Assembly: GCA_007128145.1 (NCBI GenBank)
Contig: SKXZ01000224.1
Location: forward strand, 1-37,836
Source of the DNA: Candidatus Nitricultor lacus
GTDB lineage: Bacteria > Atribacterota > Atribacteria > Atribacterales > Atribacteraceae
Length of the DNA: 37,836 nt
Direction of reading: 5' to 3'
A program made the position numbers and the translations under genes. Under the pieces are notes generated by a model. The model did not search any database. It had not been told where the DNA came from and saw only the letters and a list, made by a program, of their open reading frames with translations. Shown here one piece after another: positions 9,645-16,978 of this stretch; the first letter of the stretch is position 1, and each line of letters opens with the position of its first letter.

Positions 9645-10271
9645 GTGTATTCCGCCCTTATCTGGGATTTCGACGGTACGCTTTTCAATACGTATCCGGC
9701 TATGGCTAAAGCCTTGAGCAGGGCTCTCGAGAAAATGGGTCACCAACTTCCTGCCCCGGAGGCCCACAGGCTGCTCAAGGTTTCCCTCCGCCATGCCGTG
9801 GAAGTCTCTCGAAACCTTTTCGGTCCCATAGAAAAGGTAGAACTGGAACAACGCTTTTTAGAAGAAAGGCGAGCGGTTGAGGAGCCCTTATCCCAACCCT
9901 TCCCCGGGGCAAAAGAAGTGTGTGAGCACATGCGTGCAACGGGAGGACGCAACTTTATATACACGCACAAAGAAAAAACCGTGGTAGAGAGGCTCCTGCA
10001 CCGATTCGGGATGGAAAAACTCTTCAGTGATATCGTGGGAGGAGATGACGGCCATCCCCACAAACCGTCCCCGCACGGGTTTCTGTACCTCGTGAAACAA
10101 CATAACCTTTCGCCCTCGGCCACCCTTACGGTGGGTGACCGTCCCCTCGATATCACGGCGGCCCATGCAGCGGGACTTGCAGCGGTCCAACTGGTCGAGG
10201 AGGGAAGCCAGGTGGCAGAAGACGCTGACTACCACATCCGTCAACTGATCGAACTGATTCCACTTGTATAG
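9645..10271 (+). CDS. HAD-superfamily hydrolase (phosphoglycolate phosphatase-like, subfamily IA)
   Basis: Motif I is IWDFDGTL. It also has a VGD...D motif IV region. The likely start is GTG 9645 (SD AAGGGAG); the track start at 9576 overlaps the previous gene. Confidence 0.8.
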   Translation: MYSALIWDFDGTLFNTYPAMAKALSRALEKMGHQLPAPEAHRLLKVSLRHAVEVSRNLFGPIEKVELEQRFLEERRAVEEPLSQPFPGAKEVCEHMRATGGRNFIYTHKEKTVVERLLHRFGMEKLFSDIVGGDDGHPHKPSPHGFLYLVKQHNLSPSATLTVGDRPLDITAAHAAGLAAVQLVEEGSQVAEDADYHIRQLIELIPLV

Positions 10272-10277
10272 CGGAAT

Positions 10278-11390
10278 TCAGAGCACTTCAGGCATAAAGC
10301 GGCCGTCACGGTAGAAAATTTCTCCATCGGCCGCTATTTCTCCCCCTCCACGCATGTCACACAGCATATCCCAATGAAGAGAAGAGCGGTTTTTGCCGCC
10401 CGCCTCCACCATGGAATCGCCCAGGGCAAGGTGCACCGTCCCCCCGATTTTTTCGTCAAAGAGCATATTGTGCGTGAATTTCTCGATCCGATTATTTGTA
10501 CCGATGGCCACTTCACCAAAAGAGGAAGACCCCTCGTCTGTTTCGATAAGAGAATGCAGAAGGTTTTCACCTTTGCGGGCACGGGCTTCCTTTACCCTGC
10601 CCTTTTCCATCCGAAGCCATATACCCTCAACTTCCCGTCCCTGGAAAATGCCCGGAAAATCGAAGGTGATCTCTCCATCCACCACGCCTTCGAGCGGAGA
10701 GGTAAAGATTTCCCCGTCAGGGAAATTCGCCTTTCCGCAGCAATTCACCCACTTCCTGCCCTTGATACCCACGGTGAGGTCGGTTCCCCGGGACCGTATC
10801 CGCAGCATTTCCTTTTTTGAAAGATACTCAACCCACCGCTCCTGCTCTTTTTCAACCTCCCGCCAGGCCGCCACCGGATCATCCTCATCCAGTCTACCCG
10901 CACGGAACACAAAATCGGTGTACTCTTCAATACTCATACCCGCCTCCTGGGCATCGGCATTGGTGGGAAATTGCGTGCCGCACCAGCGTAAACTCCCCTC
11001 ACCCATGCGCTGGGAGAATAAACGGCGAGTTTCTCTATCAGCGCGCATCGCGATTCTTATACGTTCCGGGTCAATGTTTGTCCGTGCACGGGTGTTCCAT
11101 CCACCCCAAGCGGATATGAACACATCCGCTTTTTCCACCACGGTGCGATATATCGTGTTTTCATGTGCAAGCGCTTCTTCTTCCGCGTGGCGCAACCGTA
11201 TTCGGGATACAGAATCCAGTGTCACCCAGGGCTCCACCACCGCTCCGCACTGTACAGCCTTTCTCGCTACCGCTTCGATAAACGGGATGGCTATATCTTC
11301 GGCCGCGATATATACTCTATCCCCCCGGCGTACCTGGGTCGAATATGTCACCAGAACATCTGCAAGCTTGTGGAGCCTTGAATCGATCAC
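10278..11390 (-). CDS. M29-family aminopeptidase (AmpS/PepS, aminopeptidase T-like)
   Basis: Start reassigned to GTG 11390 (SD AAGGAGGAGG). The N-terminus IDSRLHKLADVLVTYS and the C-terminal HLALGDS / HWDM motifs are typical of peptidase M29. The track ORF's first 26 aa are translated repeat. Confidence 0.8.
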   Translation of the reverse strand: MIDSRLHKLADVLVTYSTQVRRGDRVYIAAEDIAIPFIEAVARKAVQCGAVVEPWVTLDSVSRIRLRHAEEEALAHENTIYRTVVEKADVFISAWGGWNTRARTNIDPERIRIAMRADRETRRLFSQRMGEGSLRWCGTQFPTNADAQEAGMSIEEYTDFVFRAGRLDEDDPVAAWREVEKEQERWVEYLSKKEMLRIRSRGTDLTVGIKGRKWVNCCGKANFPDGEIFTSPLEGVVDGEITFDFPGIFQGREVEGIWLRMEKGRVKEARARKGENLLHSLIETDEGSSSFGEVAIGTNNRIEKFTHNMLFDEKIGGTVHLALGDSMVEAGGKNRSSLHWDMLCDMRGGGEIAADGEIFYRDGRFMPEVL

Positions 11391-11407
11391 ACCGCACCTC
11401 CTCCTTT

Positions 11408-11441
11408 GTAAATGCAGTGAGTAGGGAGTCGTGAGTAGTGG
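11408..11441 (-). repeat. Module A heptamer repeat, sense-oriented immediately 5' of the aminopeptidase SD
   Basis: Minus strand: CCACTAC TCACGAC TCCCTAC TCACTGC ATTTAC AAAGGAGGAGG TGCG GTG. Confidence 0.85.
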
Positions 11442-11593
11442 AAAAAACACCCAAACCCTCAACTGCATTTAACATATTTGATGCCGCAACGTATGTTGCT
11501 GGGCGGCTCCTTTGTGAATGCAGTGATTACATAAAAACATACTTTACCATGAAGAGGATTTTCGGAAAAGTGCATCTCTATAAAAGGCCTGAA

Positions 11594-12055
11594 GGCAGGG
11601 GAATGCCCTTCGGGCCGGGAGACGGGAGTCGTAAGACGTAAGACGGATAAAGACGGGGGAAAGGATTGAAAAATGCGTGAGGGGTGAGGGGCCATGTAAA
11701 GTATGAAGTATGATTTCAGAAGTATGAAGTCAGATTTTCAAATCTACATTCATAAATCCGACTTCAGCAATTCCTGTGTCATTCCGGCATGTGGTAAACC
11801 GGAATCCAGTGGCTTTCTTAAAGGCGGTCTAGGAGTGAGTGTTGAAGGGAAAAAACTTTTGACCGTTGGTGTATTAACCCTAAACTCTAGACTCTAAACC
11901 CTAAACAGCTTTTATAGGGCGGTCTAGGGTCGAGCGTTAAGAGTTTAGAGCAAGGGACGTTCGAAGGTTGAGCACAACCACTCATGGCTAAAAATGGGGA
12001 CGCATCCAGGACCCCACTTCATGCCGGGGTGACGAAATGTGGTTGGCCGTGAGAT
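11594..12055. repeat. Mosaic repeat block X (modules E, C-like, AGTATGA heptamers, I, H, CCCTAAA heptamers, G)
   Basis: It shares ordered modules, in inverted orientation, with 16666-16978. Module G (12009-12055) is 47/47 identical to the reverse complement of 16666-16712. Confidence 0.85.
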
Positions 12056-12119
12056 ATAAGAAGAAACTCTGATCCTTCTCTTCCGTAGTAAGAAAAAAGA
12101 CAAATATCAGGAGAGTACC

Positions 12120-12527
12120 ATGAAGCAGAGAGCAAGTTTCAATCACCTTGTAGACGTATTTCTTTTGGCTTGTGTTTTTTTTGTGCTTCTTTTCACTGCA
12201 GGTTGTGCCCCGTCTCATTCTCCTCAGCCGCGGGATGAAGCGGATTTTCTTGGAGAAATAATCCAAATCTCAGAAAACCCGCACCAAACGACCGAGGGAA
12301 AGATCCTGGTGGAAAATCATGATGAACCGGAGGAGGGCTTTGACCTGGTTTGGCTTTTTGTCGATGGGGATACCGTAATCATGGATTACCGGGTTGAGCC
12401 TCCTCAAAGCGGAAATTTCAGGGATCTTGCAATCGGTCAGAAAGTAAATGTATGGACGGATGATATTTTTCTTTTAACCTATCCTCCTCAGGGAGGTGCG
12501 ATACACATCCACATACTCGAGGACTGA
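12120..12527 (+). CDS. Small lipoprotein (possibly DUF3221-like)
   Basis: Signal peptide with lipobox LFTAGC; 135 aa. The C-terminal TYPPQGGAIHI resembles the SYPxQ motif I associate with DUF3221 (family call weak). Confidence 0.5.
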   Translation: MKQRASFNHLVDVFLLACVFFVLLFTAGCAPSHSPQPRDEADFLGEIIQISENPHQTTEGKILVENHDEPEEGFDLVWLFVDGDTVIMDYRVEPPQSGNFRDLAIGQKVNVWTDDIFLLTYPPQGGAIHIHILED

Positions 12528-12634
12528 GCAAGTCCTTACTGAAAACCCATAAATTACGGGGAATATTTTTACATTCCGTACCTTTTCTCTACATATACGC
12601 ACAACACATCAATATTTACCGGGAGGCTTATATC

Positions 12635-12997
12635 ATGCAAAAAACTCTTCGTCTGGTATCCATTGGTCTCGTCGTCACAGTGTTTCTCTTTACCCTGAGC
12701 GGTCTTGCATCTGCGCATCCACCGTCTGCGGTGAATCTTGAGTACGACCTGGAAACCAAAGTGCTTACCATTACCACGCCCCATAGTGTAGGCGATTCCA
12801 CTGATCACTATATCGACCTTATAACAGTATCACTCAACGGTGAAGAGATCGTTAGACAAAACTTCTTCACCCAAGTGACTTCAGGTGAGCAAGAAGCGAT
12901 TTACCTGGTAATCGACGCAGAAGCCGGGGATACCTTAACGGTTTTTGCCAACTGTAACCGTTTTGGGGATGCAGAAGCCTCACTCACCGTGGAATAG
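12635..12997 (+). CDS. Small secreted protein with superoxide-reductase-like (desulfoferrodoxin Fe-binding fold) sequence pattern
   Basis: Signal peptide ends ...GLASA/HPPS. The HPP..., ...PHSVGDSTDHYID and ...CNRFG spacing resembles SOR centre II ligands (H, H, H, C-N-x-H-G) but lacks the last His. Confidence 0.35.
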   Translation: MQKTLRLVSIGLVVTVFLFTLSGLASAHPPSAVNLEYDLETKVLTITTPHSVGDSTDHYIDLITVSLNGEEIVRQNFFTQVTSGEQEAIYLVIDAEAGDTLTVFANCNRFGDAEASLTVE

Positions 12998-13038
12998 GTA
13001 AATGCGGGCTATGAATCTACAGGCCGTCAGGATACGCC

Positions 13039-13067
13039 TTGACGCAAAAAGGAAAAAGTGGTAGTAT
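13039..13067 (+). promoter_or_regulatory. Near-consensus sigma70-type promoter of orphan RNA-1
   Basis: TTGACG (13039-13044), 17 nt spacer, TGgTAGTAT (-10 at 13062-13067 with extended TG). The predicted TSS is about 13074. Confidence 0.65.
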
Positions 13068-13073
13068 CTTTTC

Positions 13074-13252
13074 AGATCACGGGTTCCGAGGAGTTTTTTG
13101 GTCCGAAGGCCGGAAGCCGTCCTGGGAAACACCTGCAAGAGGGACGACCGGCATGTTCTGTAACCGCCGGAAGATATGAGGGGAAAGATGCGTTGCCCCG
13201 GCGTGAGAGAGAACTTCCAGGTTCGTTGGGACCCGTGATCTTTTGTATTTTT
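13074..13252 (+). ncRNA. Orphan structured small RNA (RNA-1), class unassigned
   Basis: A 14 bp closing helix pairs AGAUCACGGGUUCC (13074-13087) with GGGACCCGUGAUCU (13228-13241) and is extended by GGAGUU/AACUUCC. Three internal hairpins follow (GGUC-CGAA-GGCC; CCGG..CGUCC/GGACG..CCGG; CGCC..GGGG/CCCC-GGCG), then the 3' tail UUUUGUAUUUUU. There is no credible ORF and no downstream same-strand gene. Confidence 0.55.
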
Positions 13253-13275
13253 GGAACAGAAGAGGCTTAATCCCT

Positions 13276-14115
13276 CTACCCTTTGACCGCTCCTTCAGTC
13301 AGACCACCTACCAGATGGCGTTGTACAAAGAGAAAGATAACGAACACCGGTACACAAATAAGGACTGAGGCGGCCATCAAATTCCCCCAGATCGTCTCAT
13401 ATTGCCCCACAAAATCAAAAATGCCTCGCGGGAGTGTGCGTTTTTCCGCGCTGGTGATGAAGGTGAGCGCGAACATAAATTCCTGCCAGGTAATAAAGAA
13501 AACATAGGAAGCGGTGGCTCCGATCCCGGGCCGTACCAGGGGAAGTACTACTTTCCAGAATGCCTGCCAGCGGGTACACCCGTCAATAAGGGCCGCTTCT
13601 TCCAGGTCCCTGGGGATACCGGTGAAAAACCCGCGTAACAACCACACCCCCACCGGCACGGAAAAAGCAAGATAAGCGATAATGAGCGATAAAAATGAAT
13701 CGATAAGACCAACCCTGCTCATGATGCGGTAGAGAGGAACTATGATCGCTGCGAGGGGAAAAAGCTGGCTCAAAAGGAGCAGGGTAAAAAATCCCATCCT
13801 CCCCGGGAAATACAGCCGGGCAAAACCGTAGGATGAAAATATCGCTACCGCTACTACGACTAATGTAGTACTGCCGGCTACCAGGAAACTATTGAGAAAA
13901 TAACGGGCAAACATGGATCCCCTGCCGAACACATGGAAATAGTTCACGACCGTCGGCCGCTGGGGAATCAAGCGGGGTGGGACCGTAAACTGTTCATCCG
14001 GTTCCTTGAGAGACATGGAAATCATCACGGCAAAAGGAAAGAGCACAAAAGCCACCAGCAGTACCACGAATATGCCGGTGACCACTTTTTTGCGGGTTTC
14101 TATGGCACGCATCAT
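13276..14115 (-). CDS. CUT1-family sugar ABC transporter permease (MalG-like)
   Basis: 279 aa with 6 TM segments and the EAA loop DLEEAALIDGCTRWQAFWKVVLPL. It overlaps the upstream permease by 4 nt. Confidence 0.85.
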   Translation of the reverse strand: MMRAIETRKKVVTGIFVVLLVAFVLFPFAVMISMSLKEPDEQFTVPPRLIPQRPTVVNYFHVFGRGSMFARYFLNSFLVAGSTTLVVVAVAIFSSYGFARLYFPGRMGFFTLLLLSQLFPLAAIIVPLYRIMSRVGLIDSFLSLIIAYLAFSVPVGVWLLRGFFTGIPRDLEEAALIDGCTRWQAFWKVVLPLVRPGIGATASYVFFITWQEFMFALTFITSAEKRTLPRGIFDFVGQYETIWGNLMAASVLICVPVFVIFLFVQRHLVGGLTEGAVKG

Positions 14116-14981
14116 TCCATACTCCCCCTTTTCAGGCTTAAGCGAACGTAAATCAGGCTAAATACCAGAAGAATGATGAAGTCGATTACCGCAAAGCGAG
14201 ACGCTTCCCCAAACCGGAAGCGCCGGAAGCCTAAATCATATATATAAGTGGGAAAGATATGACTTGATTCAGCCGGTCCCCCACCGGTCATAACGTATAC
14301 CAGTTCAAAATAGTTGAAGGTCCATATAAAGGTGAGCAGCAATGTGATGGTGATGATCGATCGCATGGAAGGCAAGGTGACGTGAAAAAATTTCCCCCAG
14401 TCACCCGCACCGTCAATTTCAGAAGCTTCGTACAGTTCTACCGGAACCGTTTGTAATCCCGCAAGATACATAAGTGTCGAAAAAGGGAAACCCTTCCAGA
14501 TGGCAGCTATAATGACCGCATACAGCGCAAGGCCGGGAAGACTCAGCCAGGTGAGAGGCCGGTCGATGATGCCCAACGTGCGTAAATAATGGTTGATCAT
14601 ACCTAATTGAGGATCATAGAGGAGACGCCACACCATGGCTGCCACGACACCAGGCATTACCCAGGGAAGAATGACAATTCCCCGTACCAGGGTCCGTCCG
14701 AAAAAGGATCGGTTAAGAAGGATAGCAGAGCTCAAACCCAGGATAAATTGAAAAATGATGACCAGTACCGTCCACAGAAGGGAATTTGTGAGTACCCGTG
14801 CAAGCATGGGAGAAGCAAGAAGGCGCTGGTATGCGTTGATCCCCAGGTAACGAGTAGCGGTGAGAGACATATCAGAAAGACTGTAGATGAAAGTGAGTAC
14901 CAGCGGATAGAACAGAAGCACCGCGAGCAAAACCAGGGAAGGCAGTATAAAAAGGTATCCGGAAATCCATTCTCGTTTCAT
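14112..14981 (-). CDS. CUT1-family sugar ABC transporter permease (MalF-like)
   Basis: 289 aa with the EAA loop YEASEIDGAGDWGKFFHVTLP. Confidence 0.85.
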   Translation of the reverse strand: MKREWISGYLFILPSLVLLAVLLFYPLVLTFIYSLSDMSLTATRYLGINAYQRLLASPMLARVLTNSLLWTVLVIIFQFILGLSSAILLNRSFFGRTLVRGIVILPWVMPGVVAAMVWRLLYDPQLGMINHYLRTLGIIDRPLTWLSLPGLALYAVIIAAIWKGFPFSTLMYLAGLQTVPVELYEASEIDGAGDWGKFFHVTLPSMRSIITITLLLTFIWTFNYFELVYVMTGGGPAESSHIFPTYIYDLGFRRFRFGEASRFAVIDFIILLVFSLIYVRLSLKRGSME

Positions 14982-15000
14982 TATTTCACCTCTTTAAAAC

Positions 15001-15030
15001 AAGCAGGGGGGCTTTTTATCCCCCCTGCTT
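15001..15030 (-). terminator. Intercistronic stem-loop between the binding-protein and permease genes (partial terminator / mRNA stabiliser)
   Basis: Perfect 11 bp stem AAGCAGGGGGG / CCCCCCTGCTT with an 8 nt loop. On the minus strand it is followed by GUUUUAAAGAGGUGAAAUA AUG. Confidence 0.6.
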
Positions 15031-15038
15031 TCGTAACT

Positions 15039-16316
15039 TCAGTTTCCGGAGTAGTACTCATCCAGGAGCTGGTTGATTTCAACTGCTGCGTCGTCAAGAG
15101 CTTGCTGAATATCCTTTTGATCCAATAGGATCGCGGTGGTAGCATTACGCTGAATTTCGGCTATATCCGGGTACTGCGGGAAAATGGGACGGTACAGGGC
15201 TGTGGTTAACTGGTCGAAGATAACTTCGGGGTGCCGGCGGCGTTCCTGTAGGAAGGAAACTGCGGCTTCCTGGTTCGCCGGAGTGAGAGAAGATACCTTT
15301 TCATTCACTTCTGTGCTGGTCCAATACTCGATGAACTTCCAGGCTTCGTCCTTGTGAGGTGTCATCTCGAATATAACCATGTTCCAGCCGCCGAAAGTGC
15401 CGATGCTCTCTCCTCCCTCGGGTTTCGGGAAATTCCCCAACCCCCAATCCATGTCGGGTGCCCGGCTCAGAACGGTATCTTCGCCCCATTCCCCATACCA
15501 GAACATGGAAACTGATCCCGCGGTGAAGAGCATGAATGAATCTTCTTCGCTGCGTGCGACTTCCCCCGGAGGATTATAGGGCTGCAGGCTTTTGAAAAAT
15601 TCCATTGCTTCTACGCCTTCTGCTGAATTGAGAACCGCTTCGGTAAAGTCTTCGTTCAGGACAGAACCCCCCGCGGAGAAGATCAAGGCATTTGTGATGC
15701 ATTGAATGGCATCACCGGTACCCACAAACAAAGAGGTACCCCATTTGTCATCTTCGCCGTCCCCGGTGGTATCACGGGTCAGCATTTGTGCGTATTCATA
15801 GAATTCATCCCAGGTTACCGGAGGCGCTTCAGGATCAAGTCCTATTTCCCGAAAATGCTCCTTGTTGTAATAGTTTAGAGCCCAAACACCGACATCAAAG
15901 GGGATTCCGTAGAGTTGTCCCTGGTAGAGTGCAGAATCCCAGGCACCGGAAAAATACGCTTCCTCGTTCACGGTATCTGATGCTGCTACATATTCATCAA
16001 GAGGGACGATGAACCCCGCGGCTGAAAACTCAGGATTCCAGATCTGGTCCACTACCGCGACATCGGGTGGATTCCCCGCGGCGGCAGCGATCAAAAGCTT
16101 GTCTCGATATTCAACATAGGGAAACACGGTGAACTGTACATCGATTTCAGGATAGATTACCCTGAATTCTTCCAATGCCTCTTCCTGGGCACGCTGAAGA
16201 TCTACATCAGCCTGCACCATCATCCACACATCGAGTGTTACCTGCTGTGCAAAGGAAGCAGGAATGAACACCAGTGTAAGAAAACACACGGCAACCAATA
16301 TGAGACTCTTTTTCAT
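15039..16316 (-). CDS. Extracellular solute-binding protein, family 1 (sugar ABC transporter)
   Basis: Start reassigned to ATG 16316 (MKKSLILVAVCFLTLVFIPASFA signal peptide, SD AGGGAGG). The first 25 aa of the track ORF are translated repeat. Confidence 0.85.
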   Translation of the reverse strand: MKKSLILVAVCFLTLVFIPASFAQQVTLDVWMMVQADVDLQRAQEEALEEFRVIYPEIDVQFTVFPYVEYRDKLLIAAAAGNPPDVAVVDQIWNPEFSAAGFIVPLDEYVAASDTVNEEAYFSGAWDSALYQGQLYGIPFDVGVWALNYYNKEHFREIGLDPEAPPVTWDEFYEYAQMLTRDTTGDGEDDKWGTSLFVGTGDAIQCITNALIFSAGGSVLNEDFTEAVLNSAEGVEAMEFFKSLQPYNPPGEVARSEEDSFMLFTAGSVSMFWYGEWGEDTVLSRAPDMDWGLGNFPKPEGGESIGTFGGWNMVIFEMTPHKDEAWKFIEYWTSTEVNEKVSSLTPANQEAAVSFLQERRRHPEVIFDQLTTALYRPIFPQYPDIAEIQRNATTAILLDQKDIQQALDDAAVEINQLLDEYYSGN

Positions 16317-16332
16317 GAAATATTCCTCCCTT

Positions 16333-16383
16333 GTGAATGCAATGAATAGGGAGCAGGGAGTCGTGAGTAGGGGGAGGAGTAAA
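16333..16383 (-). repeat. Module A heptamer repeat, sense-oriented immediately 5' of the binding-protein SD
   Basis: Minus strand: CCCCTAC TCACGAC TCCCTGC TCCCTAT TCATTGC ATTCACA AGGGAGG AATATTTC ATG. Confidence 0.85.
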
Positions 16384-16613
16384 TCCCTCATTTCTAATGG
16401 CTCGCGGATCCCCTTTCCCCATTTCTCCCCTTTCCCCTTATTTTACAGGGATCCAGAGGCTTCTTATCAAACAAGAACCAAGGAAACAGAATTCCCATCC
16501 CTGTTTATTACATAAAGTGACAAGCTTACTCCATACGCTAATAACCGGATAATGCACCTCTCATTTTTACACTCCAAATCGTTTTCTGATTATTTTTTAT
16601 CACCTCCCCGGTA

Positions 16614-16653
16614 GGTGCAGTGAGTAGGGAGTGGGGAGTCGTGAGTAGTGGAA
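16614..16653 (-). repeat. Second module A copy upstream of the same operon
   Basis: Minus strand: CCACTAC TCACGAC TCCCCAC TCCCTAC TCACTGC ACC. Confidence 0.85.
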
Positions 16654-16665
16654 ACTCAATTCTTA

Positions 16666-16978
16666 ATCTCACGGCCAACCACATTTCGTCACCCCGGCAT
16701 GAAGTGGGGTCCAGAGGCAGAGGCAGTGCCCCATGCCGGGGTGACACAACAGGGCATTCCCCGCTGTATTCGTCCCCTGCATTTTAAAGCCACTGGATTC
16801 CGGCTTACTCCATGCCGGAATGACACAGGATATTGATGATTTCAGATTTATGATTGTAGATTTGTAAAGCCTTTCCACTTCCCCATTTCAACAATTCCCC
16901 GCCTCACCTTCCCCGCTCCTCCTTCCCCGGCCTTTATCCGTCTCACTGCCCGAAGGGCATATCCCGCTGTATTCGTCC
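16666..16978. repeat. Mosaic repeat block Y (modules G, E-like, H, I, C, E), the inverted counterpart of block X
   Basis: Its reverse complement aligns module by module with 11594-12055. Its distal part (16888-16978) is inside the 3' end of the URO-D-family ORF. Confidence 0.85.

Noticed and set aside
10393-11424. A long 343 aa plus-strand ORF, and similar long ORFs at 3113-3883 (+), 33139-33909 (+), 35616-36491 (+), 2133-2789 (+) and 26907-27368 (+)
   Set aside because: Each lies fully antisense to a gene with strong family motifs. Their translations are low-complexity (S/P/R-rich) with no recognisable domains or SD. They are shadow ORFs.
11703-11897. Small ORFs in repeat blocks that share peptides: SCVIPAxxKPESSGF at 11703-11897 and 16669-16878, and RRIKAGExGAGKVRR at 16848-17033 and 31524-31712
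   Set aside because: The similarity comes from hairpin repeat modules H and C read in frame. They have no SD, and the copies are in mixed orientation and truncated. I treat them as non-coding.
13074-13252. Calling RNA-1 an SRP RNA or 6S RNA, and calling RNA-2 (19570-19743) a glycine riboswitch
   Set aside because: The SRP domain IV core sequence is absent. The branched centre does not match the 6S rod-and-bubble layout. The glycine-like motifs in RNA-2 have wrong spacing, and no downstream gene exists. Classification needs covariance-model searches, so both are left unassigned.
13058-13270. A 70 aa ORF overlapping RNA-1
   Set aside because: It starts inside the promoter, has no SD, and its sequence is explained by the GC-rich helices of the RNA.
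11408-16978. Possible CRISPR array or IS/transposon, given the many repeats and the inverted blocks
   Set aside because: The repeats are not regularly spaced with unique spacers, and no cas genes are present. No transposase, integrase or recombinase ORF exists anywhere in the window. I therefore report the inverted blocks only as a recombination or inversion candidate, not as a mobile element.
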